Shown here piece by piece: positions 18,333 to 26,749 of a stretch of 31,058 nucleotides of DNA (the first letter of the stretch is position 1; every line of letters starts with the position of its first letter). The stretch spans positions 1 to 31,058 of the forward strand of contig CAZJUB010000009.1 of the NCBI GenBank assembly GCA_964549075.1, read 5' to 3'. The position numbers and the translations under genes were made by a program. Origin of the DNA: an uncultured archaeon (GTDB lineage: Archaea > Asgardarchaeota > Heimdallarchaeia > Heimdallarchaeales > Heimdallarchaeaceae). Below the pieces are notes generated by a model. The model searched no databases. It worked only from the letters and a program-made list of their open reading frames with translations, and was not told the DNA's origin.

Positions 18333-19427
18333 ATGAAAACTACTGTTAGCTTGATAAAAGCAGATATTGGATCGAGCCCTGGTCATGTTAGAGTATATGA
18401 ACCTTTAATGGAAAAGGCTGAGGAACTCTTAGACAAGGCCAAGGATGAAAACGTAATAATTGATTTTGTTGTGTTCAATGCTGGAGATGATACAGAACTC
18501 CTCATGACACATGAAAAAGGGACCAACAGTGAAGAAATACATAAACTTTCTTGGGATACATTTATGGAACTTGCTCAAGAAGCGAAAAAAATAGGTCTAT
18601 ATGGTGCAGGACAAGATTTACTAAAAGATGTATTTACTGGTAATATCAAGGGAATGGGACCAGGTATAGCAGAACTGGAGTTTGAAGAAAGACCAGCTGA
18701 ACCAATTGTTGTTTTTGCTATGGATAAAACAGAACCTGGCGCGTTTAATTACCCCATTTTCCAAATGTTTGCTAATCCATTTAATACAGCTGGTTTAGTA
18801 ATTGATCCAAAGCTTCATCCAGGATTTGAATTTTCTGTAATGGATATTTATAAAGCCAAATTTTTAGAACTATCTTGTCCGGAAGACATGTATGATTTAT
18901 TAGCACTTATTGGTGCTCCTGGTCAATACGTTGTTAAATATATTAATAGTAAAAATTCTCAACTTGGAAAAGCAGCAGCAATTTCCACAGATAAATTAGC
19001 TCTAGTTGCAGGAAAATATGTCGGAAAAGATGATCCAGTTGCTGTGATAAGAGGCCAGAGCGGTTTTCCAGCCATTGGAGAGATTGTAGAAGCTTTCACT
19101 CTTGGTCACATGGTCTCAGGCTGGATGAGGGGTTCACATAGAGGTCCTATTATGCCTGTATCCTTAGAATATAGCCAATGTGTGCGATTTGATGGCCCTC
19201 CAAGAGTTGTAGGCCTAGGTTTTCAATTGAAAAATGGTGAGCTTAAAGGTGGGGTGGATCTTTTTGATGATCCTTCATTTGACCGAACACGCGAGAGAGT
19301 AAATGAGATAGCTGATTATATTCGTAGTCACGGACCTTTTGAACCAAGTAGACTTCCTTTAAGTGAAATGGAATATACTACCCTCCCAGACGTACTTAAA
19401 AAATTTGAGGATCAGTTCCACGATTAA
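18333..19427 (+). CDS. fbp: Bifunctional FBP aldolase/phosphatase (FBPase class V)
   Basis: SLIKADIGS..GH, GDD, LYGAGQDLL, DKTEPGAFN, GKYVGKDDP, GWMRGSH, EYTTLP. Confidence 0.96.
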   Translation: MKTTVSLIKADIGSSPGHVRVYEPLMEKAEELLDKAKDENVIIDFVVFNAGDDTELLMTHEKGTNSEEIHKLSWDTFMELAQEAKKIGLYGAGQDLLKDVFTGNIKGMGPGIAELEFEERPAEPIVVFAMDKTEPGAFNYPIFQMFANPFNTAGLVIDPKLHPGFEFSVMDIYKAKFLELSCPEDMYDLLALIGAPGQYVVKYINSKNSQLGKAAAISTDKLALVAGKYVGKDDPVAVIRGQSGFPAIGEIVEAFTLGHMVSGWMRGSHRGPIMPVSLEYSQCVRFDGPPRVVGLGFQLKNGELKGGVDLFDDPSFDRTRERVNEIADYIRSHGPFEPSRLPLSEMEYTTLPDVLKKFEDQFHD

Positions 19428-19428
19428 A

Positions 19429-19875
19429 TTAAGAAATTCGATTAACTCTTTTTTTCTCCTCTTCTTCTGTTTTTCTTTGTCTTATCTCTTTTTCACTCAA
19501 AAGCATGTAGATGAAGTATCTAATAGGTTCATAAAGCGGTTGATATATGCTAGAATCAAAATCATTTGCATGCACACAAAGATCATCAATTACAAATTCA
19601 TCAGTTTCCAAATCATAGATTAGAGGATAGTATTTACATCCTTCAGGTCTATCTTCATAAATTGAGCACCGTTCATCCTTAAGGAAAAAACATTTGTTCT
19701 CAATATTTCTAAGTATCATAAAGCCATCTTTTTCTTCTAAGAATTCCTCTATCTTGAAACCTAAGTTTGAAATCCTAGTTATATCTTTTTCTGATAAAGG
19801 CATTTCTGTGTCTAAACAGCACTCATAACAATTATCAGAATATGGACAATAAAATTCTGATCCGTGAGGTGTCAT
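19429..19875 (-). CDS. YkgJ/UPF0153 family cysteine-cluster protein
   Basis: C-x4-C-x2-CC, CFFL, CSIYEDRPEGCKYYP. Confidence 0.9.
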   Translation of the reverse strand: MTPHGSEFYCPYSDNCYECCLDTEMPLSEKDITRISNLGFKIEEFLEEKDGFMILRNIENKCFFLKDERCSIYEDRPEGCKYYPLIYDLETDEFVIDDLCVHANDFDSSIYQPLYEPIRYFIYMLLSEKEIRQRKTEEEEKKRVNRIS

Positions 19876-19883
19876 TTCTATAC

Positions 19884-21263
19884 CTATTTATTGGTTTTAT
19901 AAATTTCTTCCTCAATTTTTTTTCTAAATTCAAGATCTAATTGTTCAATAATTTCGTCACTATTTGCTTCAATTGTCATTCTAATGATAGGGGAAGTATT
20001 TGAGGCTCTTATCAGTATCCATCCATGTTCTAAGTTGATTCTTACTCCATCTAATGTATTTAGGTTATTGTACTGATTATAGAGATTCTTTTTGAGGTTC
20101 TCAACAACTGTAAATTTGATATTGTCATCACATTTTATTTCTATCTTTTTGATAGGATATACTGGTATTTTGTTTACTAAAGTTGACAATTTTTGTTTTT
20201 CTTTACAAAGTATTTCTGCGATTTTTAGAGGTGTAACCATAGCATCGTCAAATAGAAAGAATTCTGGTATAATTATGTGACCACTTGATTCTACACCCAA
20301 AGGTGACTTTTCTTCTTTAGCTTCAATAGTTAAAAATGTGTGGCCAACTGGAATTTGTTTAATTTTAAATCCTAAAGGTTCTAATTGTTCTGCAACAGCT
20401 TTAGAACATTCTACATTAACAATTATTGTTCCTTTATTCTTTGATATTCCAAACTTTCCTATAATAATACCAGTTTGATCAGCTGAGAGGATTCTTCCAG
20501 TATCATCTGCTATTATTGCTCTATCTCCATCACCATCAAATGCAACTCCAAAATCACAACTTTTCTCTTGAACTATATCTACAAGTTTTCCTAGATTTTT
20601 AGGTTTTGGATCTGAAGGTCTACCAGAAAATGATGGGTCCGTTTCACAGTAAATGGGAACAACATCTATTCCTAATGAACTAAATACCTCGGGTGCTGAT
20701 AATGTTGTACTTCCACCGCCACAATCCAGGGCTACTTTCAGTTTTTCTGTTAAATTAATTTTTTCTTTAAAGAAATTAATGTAGTCAGCAGCTATATCTA
20801 AATGATTAATGCTTCCTAACTCGTTCCAATCAACTAAGTGATAATCTTCCTCTATAGCTATATCTCGAATATTTAGAATCTCTTCTTCAGAAAAACCAAC
20901 ACCATCTGAATGATAAAATTTTATTCCATTCCATTCTGGAGGTAGATGGCTAGCAGTAATAAATGCAGTAGCATCATTATCTATCTTCCAACCAGCATAC
21001 AATGTCTGACCAAATGCTGTGGTACCAACATATGTAACGTTGACTCCTGTTGATAATACACCCGATATGAATGCATAAGATAAAGGGTAACTTGAGTTTC
21101 TAATATCATTTCCAACAGTAATATCTTTTCCTTTTAATTCCTTCAAAACGTAGGATCCAAAAGCCAAACCTATCTGATACATGATACTTGATGTTATGTC
21201 TTTATTGTAAAGACCTCGTATATCGTAAGCTCGGAATATGTAAGGTGGAATTTCTTTGCTCAT
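19884..21263 (-). CDS. Phosphomannomutase/phosphoglucomutase
   Basis: IFRAYDIRG, ITASHLP, FDGDGDR, GVESSGH, RASNTSP. Confidence 0.94.
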   Translation of the reverse strand: MSKEIPPYIFRAYDIRGLYNKDITSSIMYQIGLAFGSYVLKELKGKDITVGNDIRNSSYPLSYAFISGVLSTGVNVTYVGTTAFGQTLYAGWKIDNDATAFITASHLPPEWNGIKFYHSDGVGFSEEEILNIRDIAIEEDYHLVDWNELGSINHLDIAADYINFFKEKINLTEKLKVALDCGGGSTTLSAPEVFSSLGIDVVPIYCETDPSFSGRPSDPKPKNLGKLVDIVQEKSCDFGVAFDGDGDRAIIADDTGRILSADQTGIIIGKFGISKNKGTIIVNVECSKAVAEQLEPLGFKIKQIPVGHTFLTIEAKEEKSPLGVESSGHIIIPEFFLFDDAMVTPLKIAEILCKEKQKLSTLVNKIPVYPIKKIEIKCDDNIKFTVVENLKKNLYNQYNNLNTLDGVRINLEHGWILIRASNTSPIIRMTIEANSDEIIEQLDLEFRKKIEEEIYKTNK

Positions 21264-21357
21264 TGATTTAGGTGAGAGTTCTTTGTATAAAAATCTAATT
21301 ACTTTTGAAATTTCTTCAGAAAAATCTTTTATTTAGGTTCAAAGTATCTCTCATTAT

Positions 21358-22101
21358 ATGCATCTAGCAGTTGTTTATTTCATTATATTTCTGAGTTCTT
21401 ATTTAGTGGGCTCAATACCTTTTAGCTGGATTGTTACTAAAGTGAAAACAAATCAAGACCTTAGAGAAGTAGGATCAGGCAATGTAGGTGGAAGAAATGT
21501 TTATCGAGCAACAAAGTCCAAGAAATGGGCATTATTCGCTGGCTTTTTAGATGTATCTCGATCAGCAACTGCTGTAGCACTTCCTTATTTTATTTCAAAA
21601 ATTTTGTATTTCGATCCCGTATATGGAGATACTCTGGAACCTTTGACATCCTTTTTTCCAGATACAATACTAAGTTTTAGTTTAGCAGTAGCTGGAGTAG
21701 GTGCAATACTTGGTCATAATTGGCCTCTTTATCTTTTTTCAAGTGGAGGAAGAGGTATAACTGTTGTTTTAGCTTCTATGTTAGTTGCTAATCCCATAAT
21801 TATAGCTTTTTGGATAATACTCTGGCCAATTGTTATTGCAATAGTTGGCTATTCTTCTATTAGTTATATCGTTGTTACTGCTTTATGTGGTATCATAGCT
21901 TTGTTTCTACCGACTATCTTATTAATGCCTTGGGCTCAATGTAATCTCTCAATTGCTGTAATTTTATTTGCAATTGCTCTTATAATGTTAAGTAGGCAGA
22001 AGGATAACTTCCGAAAAATACGCACAGGTGAAGCTAAAAAGATGAAAATTTGGAAAGCTTTGGGGGGAAAGAAAAAGATGTCTGAAGAGATTTTAAAATA
22101 G
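21358..22101 (+). CDS. plsY: Glycerol-3-phosphate acyltransferase PlsY family membrane protein
   Basis: SYLVGSIPF, DLREVGSGNVGGRNVYR, GHNWPLY...GGRG, RQKDNFRKIRTGE. Confidence 0.85.
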   Translation: MHLAVVYFIIFLSSYLVGSIPFSWIVTKVKTNQDLREVGSGNVGGRNVYRATKSKKWALFAGFLDVSRSATAVALPYFISKILYFDPVYGDTLEPLTSFFPDTILSFSLAVAGVGAILGHNWPLYLFSSGGRGITVVLASMLVANPIIIAFWIILWPIVIAIVGYSSISYIVVTALCGIIALFLPTILLMPWAQCNLSIAVILFAIALIMLSRQKDNFRKIRTGEAKKMKIWKALGGKKKMSEEILK

Positions 22102-22114
22102 CGGACGTGAATTA

Positions 22115-22963
22115 TTACTGCTTTAGTGCAGTCACAGTAATACTTTTGACAGTATTAGCTAACATCAAAATATCTTCTCTATCTTCTTTCAAATCGTCAA
22201 TATCAACTTCTGTACCATCAAGAACTATTTTGAGATCTGTTTTAGTACCTTCTGTTTTTTCAGTTCTAATTTCCTGTGAAATTTTCTGTTTTTCAGTTAC
22301 TTTGATATCTCTGAAACCAGCTTTTTCAATCATGCTGATATAGTTGTCTTTTAATTCTGCTCCTGCGACACATGCAGCTAAAAGTTTTTTATTATTACGA
22401 ATTGATTCAGGAAGCGGTTTTAGAAGAACAATATCTGATATGGACAAACGTCCTCCAGTTTTAAGAACTCTATAAGCTTCATTGAAAACTCTTTGTTTTT
22501 CTGGTGAGAGATTAATTACGCAATTTGAAATAATAACATCTGCTGTATTGTCTGCAATGGGTAAGTTCTCTATTTCTCCTAATCTGAATTCAACATTTGT
22601 AATATTATTCTTTTCAGCATTGTTTCTAGCTAAGTCAACCATTGATGGTGTCATATCTACACCTATAGCTCTACCTGTTTTTCCTATTTTATTAGCGGCC
22701 AAGAATACATCTAATCCCCCACCAGCTCCTAAGTCAACAACAGTTTCACCTTCTTTAAGGGAAGCAATAGCTGTAGGATTCCCACACCCGAGTCCCATGA
22801 CCGAATCAGCAGGAATACTATTGAGTTCTTCTTTAGTATATCCAATAGCTTGACTGATGCTTTTTGCATCTGATTTACTGTCTCCGCAACATGCTTTACT
22901 ATTCTTTTTAGCAATTTTACTATATTCTCTTCTAACAGTTTTTCTTACTTCATTTTTTTCCAT
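22115..22963 (-). CDS. arsM: Arsenite S-adenosylmethyltransferase
   Basis: N-terminal CC, MGLGCGNP, DLGAGGGLD, IISNCVINLSP, ACVAGA. Confidence 0.93.
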   Translation of the reverse strand: MEKNEVRKTVRREYSKIAKKNSKACCGDSKSDAKSISQAIGYTKEELNSIPADSVMGLGCGNPTAIASLKEGETVVDLGAGGGLDVFLAANKIGKTGRAIGVDMTPSMVDLARNNAEKNNITNVEFRLGEIENLPIADNTADVIISNCVINLSPEKQRVFNEAYRVLKTGGRLSISDIVLLKPLPESIRNNKKLLAACVAGAELKDNYISMIEKAGFRDIKVTEKQKISQEIRTEKTEGTKTDLKIVLDGTEVDIDDLKEDREDILMLANTVKSITVTALKQ

Positions 22964-22981
22964 ATTAATCTGCCTTCATTT

Positions 22982-23260
22982 TCATTTTATTATTTCTTCC
23001 ATTGTCGGTTTTAGAACTATCTTTACCATATTATCAACTGCATCTGCTTTCATAAGGGAGATACTTTTTATCACTCCTTTATCTTTCATAGCTATAACAA
23101 CAAGTCTGTTTCCTTGTTCAATTCCCATTTTATCACGTAAGCTTTTAGGAAGTACAATCTGTCCTCGACTATCTACGGTTACAATTCCTTCAACATGGCA
23201 ACAAGCTAAACCTTCTTTTTCTGAATTACAACAGGGTTCTACTTTTTTCTCTTGGTTCAT
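22982..23260 (-). CDS. AbrB/MazE-fold regulator with Cys-Cys motifs (HgcAB-associated-protein-like)
   Basis: PCC...ACCHVEGIVTVDSRGQIVLPKSLRDKMGI; GAGG RBS before ATG 23260. Confidence 0.85.
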   Translation of the reverse strand: MNQEKKVEPCCNSEKEGLACCHVEGIVTVDSRGQIVLPKSLRDKMGIEQGNRLVVIAMKDKGVIKSISLMKADAVDNMVKIVLKPTMEEIIK

Positions 23261-23294
23261 AAGCCTCAATCTATAATAATCTAAGACATTTATA

Positions 23295-23330
23295 AATTTT
23301 CCGAATTTTCCGAAATTTCAGAAATATCAG
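23295..23330. repeat. Four tandem 9-bp repeats, putative AbrB-type operator
   Basis: AATTTTCCG, AATTTTCCG, AAATTTCAG, AAATATCAG, abutting TTTATAAA at 23289-23296. Confidence 0.75.
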
Positions 23331-23384
23331 ACTTGTTATCTGTCTTGTCTAAATGCTTTTATTTCTGAATAATTGTTTGATTTT

Positions 23385-23882
23385 ATGGGTAAAGCTATTA
23401 TAGTTACAGGAACTCCAGGAACGGGGAAAACAACACTTACAAAACTCTTAATGGAAAAAGGATATTATATAATTGATGTTGGTTCCAAAGTAAAAGAAGA
23501 AAAGCTTTACGACTTCTTTGATAAAAAAATGCAAAGTTTTGTTATTGACGACGAAAAACTAAACAATTATCTGATAGATTTAATTGAAAACACCATAGAT
23601 TCTGAAAAATTAATCATAGAGGGTCATGTAATGCGTCTCCCTCCCCAATTTGTATCACACTGCATAGTTCTCAGATGTTCGATTCGAAATTTACGACAGA
23701 GACTGGTGGAACGAAATTATTCTGAATCGAAGATTGATGAGAATGTTGAAGCAGAGATCATGGAGGTTGTTTTATCTGATATGTTATATTTGTATGGTGA
23801 AAATAATGTTTCTGTGATTTCAACTGATGGAACCGTCGAAGAGTCTTTGAACCGTCTTTTAAATCTCCTGAAAGAACTTTAA
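23385..23882 (+). CDS. Adenylate kinase 6 / Fap7 (hCINAP) family
   Basis: VTGTPGTGKTT, IIEGH, VLRC, RNYSESKIDENVEAEI. ATG 23385. Confidence 0.9.
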   Translation: MGKAIIVTGTPGTGKTTLTKLLMEKGYYIIDVGSKVKEEKLYDFFDKKMQSFVIDDEKLNNYLIDLIENTIDSEKLIIEGHVMRLPPQFVSHCIVLRCSIRNLRQRLVERNYSESKIDENVEAEIMEVVLSDMLYLYGENNVSVISTDGTVEESLNRLLNLLKEL

Positions 23883-23890
23883 AAGGGGAG

Positions 23891-24250
23891 TTATCCTGCT
23901 ATCCTTATTGATAATATCCCTCTTTTATCTTTAATGACAGAAACTGCTTCATTTGGAGCTACTATGGTAAATCCTTTAGTTTTGTTGTTTTTACTAAATA
24001 ATCTAGACCATTTAAAATCGTCTCCACCTTCAATGGAGAACAATTTTATTCCAACGAATTTGTCAAAGTCTATTTTTGACATAGTTTTTTCTATCAAATT
24101 CATCTCCTCAGTATGCGATAAACCGTCCTCAAGTACAAGTATTGTGTTCCTTACTACTTTTGATAGTATATAACTTACTTTTTCTTCAGAAGAGAGATCT
24201 ATTGTTTCTGAAAATGGTATAAAATCTACTCTATATCTCATCTTAATCAC
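23891..24250 (-). CDS. oapB: DUF2073 / OapB family protein
   Basis: SSEEKV..IL, ILVLEDGLSHTEEMNLIEKTMSKIDFDKFVGI, FTIVAP; start overlaps the oapA stop. Confidence 0.82.
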   Translation of the reverse strand: MIKMRYRVDFIPFSETIDLSSEEKVSYILSKVVRNTILVLEDGLSHTEEMNLIEKTMSKIDFDKFVGIKLFSIEGGDDFKWSRLFSKNNKTKGFTIVAPNEAVSVIKDKRGILSIRIAG

Positions 24251-24861
24251 CTGACCTTCTTCGCCATGTTGGCTATTGTATCATATAGTGTTTCTATACC
24301 ATCACCTTGTATAGCTGATACAGGTATAACTGTATACTCTTGAAATGCATCCTTTACTACTCTTATATCTGCATCTGGTAGATCTATTTTATTAGGTACA
24401 AGTATAAATGGTTTCTTCTGATGTTCTAAATTACCAATAATGGTAAAATTGACTTGATCAAAAGGAGTTCTAGTCGCGTCAATCACCACTAAAGCTACAT
24501 CGACATTTTCTAAAAATTTAATTGCTTCCACTATTCCTCTTGTAGCTTCTTTTGCTCTTTGCATTGCTTCTCCAGCAGATAATCCGTGTTTCATAAATTC
24601 TTTTGGATTAACAGAGGAAGCAATTCCTGGCATATCAATTAGTGTAAGATCAAGTTTAGTACCATTGGAAGAAAAGTTCACTTTTTCTAGTTTCTGAATC
24701 GTTCTTGTTTCATGAGGGATTTCGCTTACAACACCTACTTCTTGGTCTGCCCAATCTTTCCCAATTTTATTAGCTAGAGTTGTCTTTCCAGCGTTAACTT
24801 CACCATAAAATCCTAAATTTATTGATTTTGGCTTCGATTTTAGCCATAATCTCCATGACAC
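24247..24861 (-). CDS. oapA: Era-like GTP-binding protein OapA
   Basis: GFYGEVNAGKTTLAN, SEIPHETR, DMPG, RAKEATRGI, NKID, VSA; GGTGA RBS before the GTG start. Confidence 0.88.
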   Translation of the reverse strand: MSWRLWLKSKPKSINLGFYGEVNAGKTTLANKIGKDWADQEVGVVSEIPHETRTIQKLEKVNFSSNGTKLDLTLIDMPGIASSVNPKEFMKHGLSAGEAMQRAKEATRGIVEAIKFLENVDVALVVIDATRTPFDQVNFTIIGNLEHQKKPFILVPNKIDLPDADIRVVKDAFQEYTVIPVSAIQGDGIETLYDTIANMAKKVR

Positions 24862-25036
24862 TTATTTCACCTTGAAAAGCATTCTCTGCAGTTAACATAA
24901 AACGAAATATTATTGACATCACACGCTGGTATTACGATTAAGTTCAATCTAAATTTGGTGCCCCAATTTTTCTAAGTTGGTTAAGTTAAAAATTTATTAA
25001 AGACATGTTTTTTTAATTTTAAATAACTCCGAAGGA

Positions 25037-26140
25037 ATGGTTCTTAATATGTTTATCATGGGGACAAATTTGATACTTTGGTTGAAACTTCTTATGAAAA
25101 ATAAATTCAATATAAGTGTACGATATATCCCTAGAGTGTTTCTTATTTCTTTGATTGTAACTCTTTTTACACCTCTCATTTTTTACGAGCACTTTAAGTA
25201 TAAAAATAAGATAAAAACTACAAAAATAAAGCAAGATCCAGTTTTTATAATTGGTCACTGGCGCTCAGGCACAACCTATCTCCAAAATTTGCTTTTAAAT
25301 GATAATCAATATGGATATCTTAATCTAGTAGAAGCTACTTTCCCGTATCTATTATTAGAAAATTACAAGCTAAGTCGTTCTCTTATGAAACCTCTTATTC
25401 CAAAAACTAGACCTATGGATTCTATGAAAATGAATGTTGATACTCCTCAAGAGCATGAATTTGCTCTAACAAACCTTTGTTTACTCTCTCCTTTAACTTC
25501 ACTCTTTTTCTTCAATAAAGAAAATGAATATCTAAAATATGCATCTTTTGCTGATGCAACTCAAGATGAGTTCATAAAATGGAAAGAATCTTTTACATAT
25601 TTATTACAAAAATTGACTTTCAAGAATAATGGAAAACAACTTTTACTGAAAAATCCTCTAGATTCCTTCAGAATAAAACATCTACTTGAGATGTTCCCTA
25701 ATTCAAAATTCATTCACATATATCGAAATCCATATGAAGTATTTTTCTCGATGATTAAGCTTTATGAGAAAAATACTCACTTATTTTGGTTACACAAACC
25801 CGATTTCAATTTGGAGAGTTTCATCTTCAAAATTTATTTAAGATTGTATCAAAAGTTGTATGAGGATAGTTTGAATCTTAGGTCAGACCAATTTATCGAA
25901 GTTAGATACGAAGATCTAGTAAAAAATCCATTGTATGAGTTAAGAAGAATCTATGAAAAGCTCTCATTAGGTGACTTTAATCTGGTAGAAGAACGAATAA
26001 AGCAATATATTGCAGCATTACTTGAATATAAAGTTGACATCTATGATTTAACTAGTGATACTAAAAATTTAATTCAATCTAACTGGTCTAAATATATTAA
26101 AAGATGGAAATATGATTTATATAACTTAATAAACGATTAG
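25037..26140 (+). CDS. PAPS-dependent sulfotransferase (Sulfotransfer_3, Stf3-like)
   Basis: PVFIIGHWRSGTT (5'-PSB loop), TRPMD, PQEHE, LLKNP, IHIYRNP, RYEDL. Confidence 0.9.
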   Translation: MVLNMFIMGTNLILWLKLLMKNKFNISVRYIPRVFLISLIVTLFTPLIFYEHFKYKNKIKTTKIKQDPVFIIGHWRSGTTYLQNLLLNDNQYGYLNLVEATFPYLLLENYKLSRSLMKPLIPKTRPMDSMKMNVDTPQEHEFALTNLCLLSPLTSLFFFNKENEYLKYASFADATQDEFIKWKESFTYLLQKLTFKNNGKQLLLKNPLDSFRIKHLLEMFPNSKFIHIYRNPYEVFFSMIKLYEKNTHLFWLHKPDFNLESFIFKIYLRLYQKLYEDSLNLRSDQFIEVRYEDLVKNPLYELRRIYEKLSLGDFNLVEERIKQYIAALLEYKVDIYDLTSDTKNLIQSNWSKYIKRWKYDLYNLIND

Positions 26141-26187
26141 AAAAAACATTAGTAAGCATTAAAAGTAAAAACACACTATTATAACAA

Positions 26188-26733
26188 GTGAAAAGAAAAA
26201 CAGTTTTACTTCGAACACTTTTCGATTTGGGAGGCTCATTGGTAGGAGCCGTTTTAGCTTATTTTGCTTTTTTAGTTGTTCTAAGGATTAGTTCTATCTC
26301 ACAATGGCAACAAATAGTTAGTTTTATTGTACTACTAATATCTAGTGGTTTTGTTGTGGGATTCTTTGCTTTCAAGAAAGACGGTATATTTCTTTCTGGA
26401 ATTATAGGTGTTGTTTTTCTTGTTATCCTTACTATCTATGGGATTACAGGAATAGGATTATATGAAATTCTAGGTAGATATGCTCTAACTCTTATAATTA
26501 ATATAGTAGAAGGAATTATTTTTTTCTGTATCCCAGTTTTATTTGCATTTTTAGGTGGTTTAATGACACCATCTTTGTGGCAATTTTCTAAAAGAGAAAT
26601 AAATGGACTTAAAAATGCTTCAATTGGGAAACAAGAAGAAAAGGAAATTAAAGAGAAAATTTATTGTTCTGCCTGCGGTTCTGAAGTACCAAGAAATTCA
26701 ACAATCTGTATTATCTGTGGAAAAAAAATATGA
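26188..26733 (+). CDS. Four-TM membrane protein with C-terminal zinc ribbon
   Basis: Four hydrophobic segments followed by YCSACG-x8-CIICG. Confidence 0.8.
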   Translation: MKRKTVLLRTLFDLGGSLVGAVLAYFAFLVVLRISSISQWQQIVSFIVLLISSGFVVGFFAFKKDGIFLSGIIGVVFLVILTIYGITGIGLYEILGRYALTLIINIVEGIIFFCIPVLFAFLGGLMTPSLWQFSKREINGLKNASIGKQEEKEIKEKIYCSACGSEVPRNSTICIICGKKI

Positions 26734-26749
26734 ATTGATATCTAAACAT

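Noticed and set aside
22107-23276. Plus-strand ORFs 22107..22343, 22482..22853 and 22857..23276
   Set aside because: Antisense shadows of arsM and the AbrB-fold gene.
24868-24948. 26-codon TTG-start ORF with CREC upstream of oapA as a possible oapC remnant
   Set aside because: Too short, only one CxxC, no RBS, and in the wrong position; it also covers the likely oapA leader.
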